NCBI GenBank assembly: GCA_963821025.1
Contig: CAWGCG010000003.1
Coordinates: 1,144,931 to 1,208,930, forward strand
Source: an uncultured Solirubrobacterales bacterium
Lineage (GTDB): Bacteria; Actinomycetota; Thermoleophilia; Solirubrobacterales; 70-9
Length of the DNA stretch: 64,000 nt
Direction of reading: 5' to 3'
Part shown: positions 44,148 to 54,506 of the stretch, piece after piece
Layout of the letters: the number at the start of each line of letters is the position of its first letter
Numbering within the stretch: position 1 is the first letter of the stretch
Program-made: the position numbers and the translations under genes
Notes under the pieces: model-generated
The model's input: the letters and a program-made list of their open reading frames with translations, nothing else
Told to the model about the DNA's origin: nothing
Database searches by the model: none

Positions 44148-44968
44148 CCGAGCGGCTCCAGACGCCGCTCGCGATCCTCGAACACCGCGATCTCCTCGAC
44201 CCCCCAGCCGCGCATCGTCTCGACCGCGCGCTCGTAGTCGCGCCCCACGTCCTCGGGCAGGTGGGCGTCCGAGGAGAGCGCGAACACGGCACCGGCCTCG
44301 ACGCACATGGCCGCGAAGGCATCGGAGGGATAGAGCTCGCCGACCGGCTTTCGCCAGCCCGCGGTCGAGACCTCGACCGCGATCCCAGACTCGCCGATCG
44401 CCTCGACCACGGGCTCGTAGTAAAAGCGCGGATCCCGCTCGGGCGTCGGGCGACGCTCGCCCCAGACCTTGACCAGGTCAGGGTGGGCGAGGATGTCGTA
44501 GAGGCCGGTGCGGACCGCCTCGGCGAGCGTGTCGAAGTAGAGCTGCCAGACGCGATCCGGGTCCGAGATCGCCTCCCAGATGTCATAGACGTCCCAGTCG
44601 ACCGCGCGGTCGCGGATGAAGTGGACCGAGCCGACGACGTAGTCGAACCGGTGAGCGTCGAGGACGTTCGCGATCCGGTCCTCGCGGTCGGCCAGATAGT
44701 CCATCTCGATCCCGAGTCGAAGCGGCGTCGAGCGCACGAACTCGCAGTACTCGGCCAGATCGTCACGAGCGTTGTCTCGCCACGACGGGTGGTCCCAGAT
44801 CTCCAGTGATCGCGTGAACCTGTCGATGTGCTCGGAAACGCCGAGCTCGGAGACTCCGGCGCCGGCGGCGGCCTCGAGGTAGCGCTCGACGTTGGCCTCG
44901 GTGAAGTACTCGGCGGCGGCCGTGTCGGGTTCGTCGGGACGCAGGTGCAGGTGATAGTCCGTCAGCAC
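44144..44968 (-). CDS. PHP-family histidinol-phosphatase (HisJ-like)
   Basis: DYHLHL, GVSEHID, GIEMDY, VGSVHF, ILAHPDL, and SSDAH motifs in order. Start is either GTG 44968 or ATG 44998. Confidence 0.75.
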   Translation of the reverse strand: MLTDYHLHLRPDEPDTAAAEYFTEANVERYLEAAAGAGVSELGVSEHIDRFTRSLEIWDHPSWRDNARDDLAEYCEFVRSTPLRLGIEMDYLADREDRIANVLDAHRFDYVVGSVHFIRDRAVDWDVYDIWEAISDPDRVWQLYFDTLAEAVRTGLYDILAHPDLVKVWGERRPTPERDPRFYYEPVVEAIGESGIAVEVSTAGWRKPVGELYPSDAFAAMCVEAGAVFALSSDAHLPEDVGRDYERAVETMRGWGVEEIAVFEDRERRLEPLG

Positions 44969-44987
44969 CGCCGGTACGCTAGCCGCG

Positions 44988-46019
44988 ATGGTCCACATGC
45001 GGATCGTGGTCCCCGGGTACCAGGCCGAGCACGTGCTCGACCTGGTCACGCACGCCCACTCGGTCTGCAACGTGATCTACCTCGAGCGCGCGGCGCGCAA
45101 GCCCGAGGGCGACGTGATCTTGTGCGACGTCGCTCGCGAGGAGGTCAGCGTGATCGTCTCCGACCTGCGCGAGCTCGACGTCGACACCGAGGGCTCGATC
45201 GCGATCGAGCACATCGACTCGGCGATCTCGAAGTTCGCCGAGGAGGCCGAGCGGGCCGCCGCGGGCCACCCTGGCGACGCGGTGGTCTGGGAGGAGGTCG
45301 AGTCACGAACCTCCGAGAACACCGAGCTCAACGGAATCTTCTGCGCCTTCATGGCGCTCGCCTGCATGATCGCCTCGGTCGGGATCTTCCTCGACTCCCC
45401 GATCCTGATCGTCGGCGCGATGATCGTCGGACCCGAGTTCGGCCCGATCGCGGGGCTCTGCGTCGCGGTCGTCCAGCGCCGCCGCGATGTCGCGCGCCGC
45501 TCGTTCAGGGCGCTCGCGGTCGGCTTCCCGATCGGGATCGCGGCCGCGCTCGCCTTCGCGCTGCTGATCCGTGCGGTCGACCTGACCCCGGACGGCTTCA
45601 TCTCATCCGAGCATCCGAACACCGACTTCATCTCGCACCCTGACGTGTTCTCGGCGATCGTCGCCTTCGTCGCCGGGATCGCCGGGGTGCTGTCGCTGAC
45701 CGCGGCGAAGTCGGGCGCGCTCGTGGGCGTGTTGGTCTCGGTGACGACGATTCCGGCGGCCGCCAACATCGGCATCGCCGCCGCCTACGCCGATTGGACC
45801 GAGTTTCGCGGCGCGGTGCTCCAGCTCGCCGTCAACCTCACCGCGATCCTGGTCGCCGGGGTTGGCACGCTGTTCATCGAGCGGTCGATCTACGTACGCC
45901 GCCGGCACGCCCACCTCCAGGACACCGCCACCCGCGAAGCTGCCGGGCTGCCGGTCGGCCACAGCCGTCGCGACACCAGGGTCGGCGTCGCGCCCGGCTC
46001 AAACGCCGAGCCGCGTTGA
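44988..46019 (+). CDS. DUF389 family membrane protein
   Basis: N-terminal soluble region MRIVVPGYQAEHVLDLV. C-terminal multi-TM region with GPEFGPIAG, as in TIGR00341-type proteins. Confidence 0.65.
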   Translation: MVHMRIVVPGYQAEHVLDLVTHAHSVCNVIYLERAARKPEGDVILCDVAREEVSVIVSDLRELDVDTEGSIAIEHIDSAISKFAEEAERAAAGHPGDAVVWEEVESRTSENTELNGIFCAFMALACMIASVGIFLDSPILIVGAMIVGPEFGPIAGLCVAVVQRRRDVARRSFRALAVGFPIGIAAALAFALLIRAVDLTPDGFISSEHPNTDFISHPDVFSAIVAFVAGIAGVLSLTAAKSGALVGVLVSVTTIPAAANIGIAAAYADWTEFRGAVLQLAVNLTAILVAGVGTLFIERSIYVRRRHAHLQDTATREAAGLPVGHSRRDTRVGVAPGSNAEPR

Positions 46020-46070
46020 ACCGGGCCATCGCCGACCTGGCGCTGTCGGCCGGCCCGGCTGAGCGTCGCT

Positions 46071-47123
46071 TCAGCCGCTGTGGCTGTTGACGTTGATCAC
46101 CGTTCCGTCGGGGTCGGCGACGAAGAAGCGCCGGATTCCCCACGGCTCGTCGGTGAGCTCATAGACGATCTCGAGCCCGAGCCGTCGGGCGCTCGCGTAG
46201 GCGGCGTCGACGTCGGCGACCTCAACCGAGATCTGCGAGCGGCCGGTGTTCGGATCCCAGGACCGCTGCTCTTGCGAGCAGATGATCAGCTGAGTGGTCG
46301 GATGGCTGGGCGAGGACAACATCAGGAAGCCGGGCTCGTCCATGACCGGCTCGAAGCCGAGGAAATCCGAGTAGAAGGAACGGCTTGCCTCGAGGTCGCC
46401 GACCAGCATCGTCGGCATCGCCCGCCTGATCCACCCCTCCGAGCGATCCGCGAGCAAGAGCTCGGCTCGGTGCAGGTCGGCGGGCGTGGTCACCTTGAGG
46501 TTCTCGGGCGAGGCGGGCTCGACCACGACCGGCTCGCCGGAGCGCTCGACCAGCATCGCCTCGTCGGTTGCGCCCGCCAGCTCGACAGCGGGAACCTCGA
46601 GCGCGCTTCGCAGCGCCTGCGCGCGGAACGCCTGCGGCGTCTGCGCCGCCCACAGGTGCTCGCGGTTCTCGGTGGCGACGACCTCGCGCCCGCCGACACC
46701 GACCCGCTTGATCGTGTCGGTGACCGGGGTCGCGGCGACCACGGCGCCGAGGGCGGGATCGGCGGCGAGCCTGCCGACGACCGCGTCGATCAGCTCCGGC
46801 GTGACCAGCGGCCGGGCGGCGTCGTGGACGGCGACCAGCTCGCTGTCGGCGTGTGCGAATGCAGCGCTCACGGAGTCGGTGCGCGAGTCACCCCCGGCGA
46901 CGACCTCCAACGCGAGCTCGGGCGGCGCCAGATCCTCGATCTCGGCCTCCCGGCCCGCCGGCACGGCGACGATCGCGTCGGCCACCGTCGCCGAGGCCGC
47001 AAACGCCTCGAGGCACCAGCCGACCAGCGGTCGCCCGCCGACCTCGACCAGCGCCTTCGGACCGCCGGCTCGGAGTCTGTGGCCCGAACCGGCGGCCGCG
47101 ATCAGCGCGGTGGCGCTAGGCAG
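46071..47123 (-). CDS. ispD: 2-C-methyl-D-erythritol 4-phosphate cytidylyltransferase (IspD) fused to a C-terminal VOC/glyoxalase domain
   Basis: IspD: ALIAAAGSGHRLRAGGPKALVEVGGRPL, VHDAARP, and AQTPQAF. VOC tail: MLVGDLEASRSFYSDFLGFE...FFVADPDGTVINV. The conserved N-terminus precedes the first canonical start (46985). Start placed at CTG 47123 (alternative 47105). Confidence 0.8.
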   Translation of the reverse strand: MPSATALIAAAGSGHRLRAGGPKALVEVGGRPLVGWCLEAFAASATVADAIVAVPAGREAEIEDLAPPELALEVVAGGDSRTDSVSAAFAHADSELVAVHDAARPLVTPELIDAVVGRLAADPALGAVVAATPVTDTIKRVGVGGREVVATENREHLWAAQTPQAFRAQALRSALEVPAVELAGATDEAMLVERSGEPVVVEPASPENLKVTTPADLHRAELLLADRSEGWIRRAMPTMLVGDLEASRSFYSDFLGFEPVMDEPGFLMLSSPSHPTTQLIICSQEQRSWDPNTGRSQISVEVADVDAAYASARRLGLEIVYELTDEPWGIRRFFVADPDGTVINVNSHSG

Positions 47124-47628
47124 TGGCCTTGGCGCCGAACCGCTCCTCGAGCAGCTCGTCGATGTACTCCTCGGCGCCCTCCTCGTCCTTGTCGAGCGCG
47201 TACATGAACTCCGAGGCGAGGATCTTCTTCGCCCGGGTGTACATCTGCTTCTCGCCCGTCGAAAGGCCCTTCTCCCACTCGCGAATGGCGAGGTTACGGA
47301 CGACCTCGGCGAGCTCGAACACGTCGCCGGTCTTGATCTTCTCGCGGTTGTACTTGAAGCGGCGGTTCCAGTTCTTGGGCATCTCCGAGACCTCCCCGCT
47401 CAAGACCTCGATCACCCGCCGGACCTGGTCCTCATCGATCACCCGGCGAAGGCCCGCGAGGTGGGCGTTGTCGCACGGGACCATCACGGTCATGTCGTTG
47501 TGCAGGATCTTGATCGTCAGGTAGTCGCGCGACTCTCCCATCATGTCGCGAGCTTCCTTGGTCAGCACGACCCCTGCACCGTGGTGGGGATAGACGACGT
47601 TGTCGCCGACCTCGAACTCGCACTCCAT
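47116..47628 (-). CDS. carD: CarD/CdnL family transcriptional regulator
   Basis: FEVGDNVVYPHHGAGVV, TVMVPCDN, and WNRRFKYNREKIKTGD. Confidence 0.9.
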   Translation of the reverse strand: MECEFEVGDNVVYPHHGAGVVLTKEARDMMGESRDYLTIKILHNDMTVMVPCDNAHLAGLRRVIDEDQVRRVIEVLSGEVSEMPKNWNRRFKYNREKIKTGDVFELAEVVRNLAIREWEKGLSTGEKQMYTRAKKILASEFMYALDKDEEGAEEYIDELLEERFGAKATA

Positions 47629-47701
47629 GGAGCCGAGCTCGATGTCGTCGACCGCGTTCTCGTCTACAGCTAGATCTGTGATGTCTGTCTCCTCCCGTAG
47701 C

Positions 47702-47723
47702 GACGGCCGCTCGCGCGGCCGTC
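47702..47723 (-). terminator. Perfect 9-bp hairpin immediately after the disA stop
   Basis: GACGGCCGC-gcga-GCGGCCGTC, 4 nt downstream of the TGA. No U-tract follows, so its function (terminator or processing/stability element) is open. Confidence 0.4.
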
Positions 47724-47727
47724 TGGT

Positions 47728-48831
47728 TCACCGATAACGGTCGACGATGTCGACCTCCTGAAGTCTGCGGATCCCCTCACGGATCTCCTTCGCCCGTGCC
47801 TCGCCGACGTCCTCCACCGACTCGAGGTCGTGATCGGAGGCCGCCAGCAGCGACTCGAGGTCGCCGAAGTGGTTGACGACTTTCTGGGCGACCAGCCGCG
47901 GTAGGCGCGGCACTCCGCCCAAGACCCGGTAGCCGCGCGGGGCGACCTCGAAGTCGAGGGTGTTGACCTTGCGGTCGTAGCCGAGCAACTCGGCCAGGCG
48001 GCCGAAGTCGAGCAGCTCCGTGTGCCAGAGCTCGGTGAGCTCGCCGAGGGCGGTCTCGATCGCCTGCTCGGCGTCGCTGTGGGCGTAATCGCGAACCAAC
48101 GCCGCGCGATCGGCCATCACCCCGACCACGGTCTCCTCGAGCTGCATCTCGATCAGCCGCCCTTCGGAACCGAGCTCGATGATGTAGCGCTCGACCTCGG
48201 CTGCCATCCGGGTGACCAGCTCGGCGCGCTGCAGCGCCGAGAGCACGTCGTAGAGGACGACGCCGCCGGCGAACTCGAGCGCGGTCAGCCGCGCGTCGAT
48301 CTGATCGAGGCGGGCCCGGTACTTCTCCAGCGTCGCCAGCCCCTGGTTGGCCTTCGAGAGCACCGTCGGGATGTCCTGGAGGATGTACTTGATCCCTTCG
48401 ACGTAGAGCGAGACCACGTCGCGGCGCTGCGAGATCGCGATCACCAGCGCCTTCGTTTGCTTGGAGACGCGCTCGGCGGTGCGATGGCGGGTCCCCGTCT
48501 CCATCGAGAGGATCGTCGGGTCGGGCATCAGCTGTACGTTCGCCCAGGAGATCTTGTCGGCGCGGGTCGGCATCACGATCGCACCGTCCATCTTCGCCAC
48601 CTGGTAGAGCAGGCCCGGGGTGTAGTCGACATCGAGCTTGAGCCCGCCCGAAAAGAGGAAGGAGACATCGTCGGGCTCGGCGACCACGATCAGGCCACCG
48701 GTACGGGCGTGGATGATGTTGTCGATGCCCTCCCGCAACGGGGTGCCGGGAGCGACCATGTCAAGCGCCCGCAAGAGCCGGGGATCCTGACGCGCTTCCA
48801 GCTCGTTCAACTCGTCCCCGGCGTGCGTCAC
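47728..48831 (-). CDS. disA: DNA integrity scanning protein DisA (diadenylate cyclase)
   Basis: DAC domain with GGLIVV, DGAIV, and GTRHRTAERV. C-terminal HhH region. Confidence 0.9.
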   Translation of the reverse strand: MTHAGDELNELEARQDPRLLRALDMVAPGTPLREGIDNIIHARTGGLIVVAEPDDVSFLFSGGLKLDVDYTPGLLYQVAKMDGAIVMPTRADKISWANVQLMPDPTILSMETGTRHRTAERVSKQTKALVIAISQRRDVVSLYVEGIKYILQDIPTVLSKANQGLATLEKYRARLDQIDARLTALEFAGGVVLYDVLSALQRAELVTRMAAEVERYIIELGSEGRLIEMQLEETVVGVMADRAALVRDYAHSDAEQAIETALGELTELWHTELLDFGRLAELLGYDRKVNTLDFEVAPRGYRVLGGVPRLPRLVAQKVVNHFGDLESLLAASDHDLESVEDVGEARAKEIREGIRRLQEVDIVDRYR

Positions 48832-48925
48832 CTAGTCATTCTGGCAAACGGCCTGCGTACCGCGCATTCCGCCGAATCCCGCGTGGAGCGATCGGTTTTG
48901 CGCTTGTCAAGTGGGCGCGGGTGCG

Positions 48926-50323
48926 TCAGGCCGCCGCCCGCGAGGCCCGGGCCGGACCGAGCGCGCGGCGCAGCGCCGCCCGCAGCGTCGCCAGCCCTTC
49001 GACGCCGGGCGGCAGCTCCCGGGCCGCCGGCGCCAGCACCGGCTCGAGCCCGAACTTGAGCGCCTCGGCGGCGCGCCGGTCGCAGTGGCCGACCGAGCGC
49101 AGCTCGCCGGTCAGTCCGACCTCGCCGAAGCAGGCGAGCAGGCGACCGTCGGCATCGGCGAGCGGGTTGCCCGAGTGCGCCGACGCGATCGCCAGCGCGA
49201 CCGCGAGGTCGGCGCCCGGCTCATCGACGCGGAGGCCGCCGGCGACGTTGACGAACACGTCGGCGCCCGCCAGCGAGGGGCCCCCGTTGCGGGCCAAAAC
49301 GGCGAGCACCATCGCCAGCCGGTTGCGATCGATCCCGGTCGCCGTCCGGCGCGGCGGCACGATCTCGGTCGGTGCGACCAGGGCCTGCACCTCGACCAAG
49401 AGCGGCCGGCTGCCCTCCATCGAGGCGCAGACGACCGAGCCCGGGGCGCCGCTGGCCTCGCCGACGAAGCGCGCCGATGGGTCGAGCACCTCGACCAGGC
49501 CGCCGGAGCGCATCTCGAACACACCGACCTCACTGGTCGCTCCGAAGCGGTTCTTGAGCGCCCGCAGAGTCCGAAAGCTCCGCTCGCGCTCGCCCTCGAA
49601 AAAGAGCACGCAATCGACCAGGTGCTCGAGCACGCGAGGACCGGCGACCGCGCCCTCCTTGGTCACGTGACCGACCAGGATCACGGCGCAGTCGAGCCGC
49701 TTGGCCACCTCCATCACCGCGCTGGCGGCCTCGCGCACCTGGCCGACCGAGCCGGGCGCGCCGCTCATCGCCTCGGCATGGAGGGTCTGAATCGAGTCGA
49801 TCACACAGGCCTGCGGCCGCTCGGCCTCGAGCGTCGCCAGGACGGCCTCGAGCGAGGTCTCGGCCAGCGCCGGAACCGCGAGCGCTGCATCGCCGAGCCG
49901 TTCGGCGCGCAGGCGGACCTGCGCCGTCGACTCCTCGCCGGAGATGTAGAGGACGCTGTGGCCGGCGGCGCCGAGGTTGCCGAGCGCCATCCCGGTCAGC
50001 GTCGACTTGCCGATCCCCGGCGACCCCCCGAGCAGGACCAATGACCCGGGCACCAAGCCGCCGCCGAGCACCCGGTCGAGCTCATCCACCCCGGTGCGCA
50101 GACGCGCGACCGCCGGCGCCGAGACGTCGCGCAGGGCCACGGGTTTGCCGCCGCGGGCGCCCGCGGCGGGCCGCCCGCCGCGATTTGGCGGCGCGGCGCG
50201 ATCGGGCTTCGGCGCCTCGACCAGGGTGTTCCAGTCGCCGCAGCCGGCACAGCGTCCCGACCAGCTCAGCGACTCATGGCCGCAGGCGCTGCAGAAGAAG
50301 GATGTGGACGAACGCGCGATCAG
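48926..50323 (-). CDS. radA: DNA repair protein RadA (Sms)
   Basis: Walker A GGSPGIGKSTL, KNRFG motif, and Lon-like C-terminus. The zinc finger FFCSACGHESLSWSGRCAGCGDW lies upstream of the first canonical start (50140). Start placed at CTG 50323. Confidence 0.9.
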   Translation of the reverse strand: MIARSSTSFFCSACGHESLSWSGRCAGCGDWNTLVEAPKPDRAAPPNRGGRPAAGARGGKPVALRDVSAPAVARLRTGVDELDRVLGGGLVPGSLVLLGGSPGIGKSTLTGMALGNLGAAGHSVLYISGEESTAQVRLRAERLGDAALAVPALAETSLEAVLATLEAERPQACVIDSIQTLHAEAMSGAPGSVGQVREAASAVMEVAKRLDCAVILVGHVTKEGAVAGPRVLEHLVDCVLFFEGERERSFRTLRALKNRFGATSEVGVFEMRSGGLVEVLDPSARFVGEASGAPGSVVCASMEGSRPLLVEVQALVAPTEIVPPRRTATGIDRNRLAMVLAVLARNGGPSLAGADVFVNVAGGLRVDEPGADLAVALAIASAHSGNPLADADGRLLACFGEVGLTGELRSVGHCDRRAAEALKFGLEPVLAPAARELPPGVEGLATLRAALRRALGPARASRAAA

Positions 50324-50417
50324 TTCAGCGTACGCGCGGCCGGGGACGCATCAACCCAAGAACGTCGCGTGTCCGGGTCGCGCGGTTATCCTGTCCGCTA
50401 CGCGCCGGTTACACGCG

Positions 50418-53021
<2,604 letters not shown>

Positions 53022-53092
53022 TCCGCCTTGCTCTTCTTCTCGTGCCTTTGTCTTTCGAGTTCTAGCCGTGCCGGGGGACGCGACGGCGCCGG

Positions 53093-53139
53093 GGCTCTAA
53101 TCAGTACTTCGGCTACGGGGTGCCGTTCGGATTAGAACC
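53093..53139 (-). promoter_or_regulatory. Hairpin within the clpC 5' leader
   Basis: GGCTCTAATC (53093..53102) pairs with GATTAGAACC (53130..53139) at 9/10, plus an inner CGGC/GCCG stem. A TATACT -10-like hexamer lies upstream on the minus strand (53173..53168). Confidence 0.35.
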
Positions 53140-53266
53140 TCCGGGTTGTCGACTACCGCGAGAGGCCAGTATATCGGGGCCCTTGTGGCTACTCGACGGC
53201 CTCGAAGCCCCAACCGGGCGCTCGCGCGCAAGTTGCGGACTTCCGGCCCCCGAGCACGGGTCGACG

Positions 53267-53719
53267 CTACTCGCTGCGCGCGACGGCGACGGCCGTCGCC
53301 TCGATCTGGCGTTGACCGAAGGAGCCGCGGCGGACCGGGCCGGCGGCACTGATCCGGTCCCCGGGACCCGGCAGCGGATCGGGGCGCAGCTCGCGGGCGA
53401 CGTCGATCACCGAGATCCCCGGTGCGGTGATGCTCTCGCGGCTCAGGAGGACGAAATGGGCGTCGCCGTCGCCGTCGGGATCGACCCGCTCGACGTAGAC
53501 GATCCGACCGCGGGCACTGACACAGTCGCTCGGCCCCGGCGGGCAGCGCGCGGGCTCGAGCCGCTCCGCCGGCGCTCGCTCCGCCTCGGAGCCGGCTGGA
53601 GGGCTACCGGAGTCCGGGGTCGGAGCGGGTGGGTCGTCGCCGCAACCAACGCCCGCAGCCGCCGCGACAAGCGCCGCGAGTAAAACCGCGCGGCGCCGGT
53701 TGTGTCGAGCCTTCGCCAT
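53267..53719 (-). CDS. Hypothetical lipoprotein
   Basis: MAKARHNRRRAVLLAALVAAAAGVGCG lipobox. No family motif recognized. Confidence 0.5.
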   Translation of the reverse strand: MAKARHNRRRAVLLAALVAAAAGVGCGDDPPAPTPDSGSPPAGSEAERAPAERLEPARCPPGPSDCVSARGRIVYVERVDPDGDGDAHFVLLSRESITAPGISVIDVARELRPDPLPGPGDRISAAGPVRRGSFGQRQIEATAVAVARSE

Positions 53720-54467
53720 GCCGGAGAGCCTAGGCGGAGGGGACGCCCGCCGGCCGCCGGCTCAGCGATTGCGATCGCCTATCGTTGCCGCGGTCAACCG
53801 AAGCGGTCAGACAGCGGACGATCCCGACGAGCTCCAGTCGCTGCTCGCCGAACAGGTTGCGTACTACCGTGCCCGGGCGCCGGAGTACCTCGAGGGAGCG
53901 CTCGACCTCCCCGGAGGCAGCGAGCTCGAGGTGGCGCTGGACTCCTTTCGCCCCGCCGGGCGAGTGCTCGAGCTGGCCTGCGGGCCGGGCACCTGGACCG
54001 CGAAGCTCGCCGGACTGGCCGAGGAGCTGACTGCCGTCGATGCCTCGCCGGAGATGATCGGGCTCGCCCGCCGCCGAGTCGGCGACCGCCCGGTCCGCTT
54101 CATCCGCGCCGACCTGTTCGAGTGGGCACCCGACCGACGCTATGACGTCGTCTTCTTCGGCTTCTGGCTCTCGCATGTCCCGCTCGAGCGCTTCGAAGCG
54201 TTCTGGGATCTGGTCGACGACTGCCTCGAGCCCGAGGGCCGGGTGTTCTTCGCCGACGACGCCTACCGGACGCCCGACGAGCTGATCGAGGGGGAGGAGT
54301 CATCGACGATCCGCCGGCGGCTCAACAACGGCAGCGCCTACCGGGCGGTGAAGGTCCCGCACACCGCCGCTGAGCTCGAGCGGCGGCTCGCCGAGCTCGG
54401 CTGGGCGATCGAGGTGACGCAGACGACGGGCCCGTTCTTCTGGGGCGCGGGCGGCCGGGCCGAATAG
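53718..54467 (+). CDS. Class I SAM-dependent methyltransferase
   Basis: VLELACGPGTWT (motif I) and VDASPEMI (motif II). Start uncertain (53700, 53718 or later). Confidence 0.75.
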   Translation: MPESLGGGDARRPPAQRLRSPIVAAVNRSGQTADDPDELQSLLAEQVAYYRARAPEYLEGALDLPGGSELEVALDSFRPAGRVLELACGPGTWTAKLAGLAEELTAVDASPEMIGLARRRVGDRPVRFIRADLFEWAPDRRYDVVFFGFWLSHVPLERFEAFWDLVDDCLEPEGRVFFADDAYRTPDELIEGEESSTIRRRLNNGSAYRAVKVPHTAAELERRLAELGWAIEVTQTTGPFFWGAGGRAE

Positions 54468-54506
54468 CCGCGGGGCGCCGCCGACGGCTGGCGGCTTATT
54501 GGGTGT

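Noticed and set aside
47629-47730. The disA TGA and the carD ORF are in the same frame with no further stop in the 99-nt spacer, suggesting possible stop-codon read-through giving a DisA-CarD fusion.
   Set aside because: A 9-bp perfect hairpin and an SD-like site occupy the spacer, both genes are complete on their own, and nothing indicates recoding. A stop-free 33 codons is unremarkable at this GC content.
53022-53266. Searched for a CtsR operator (tandem GGTCAAA heptads) upstream of clpC because of the Firmicutes-like sigH context.
   Set aside because: No such direct repeat is present on either strand. Only the ClgR-like near-palindrome and a leader hairpin were seen; these are reported as a finding.
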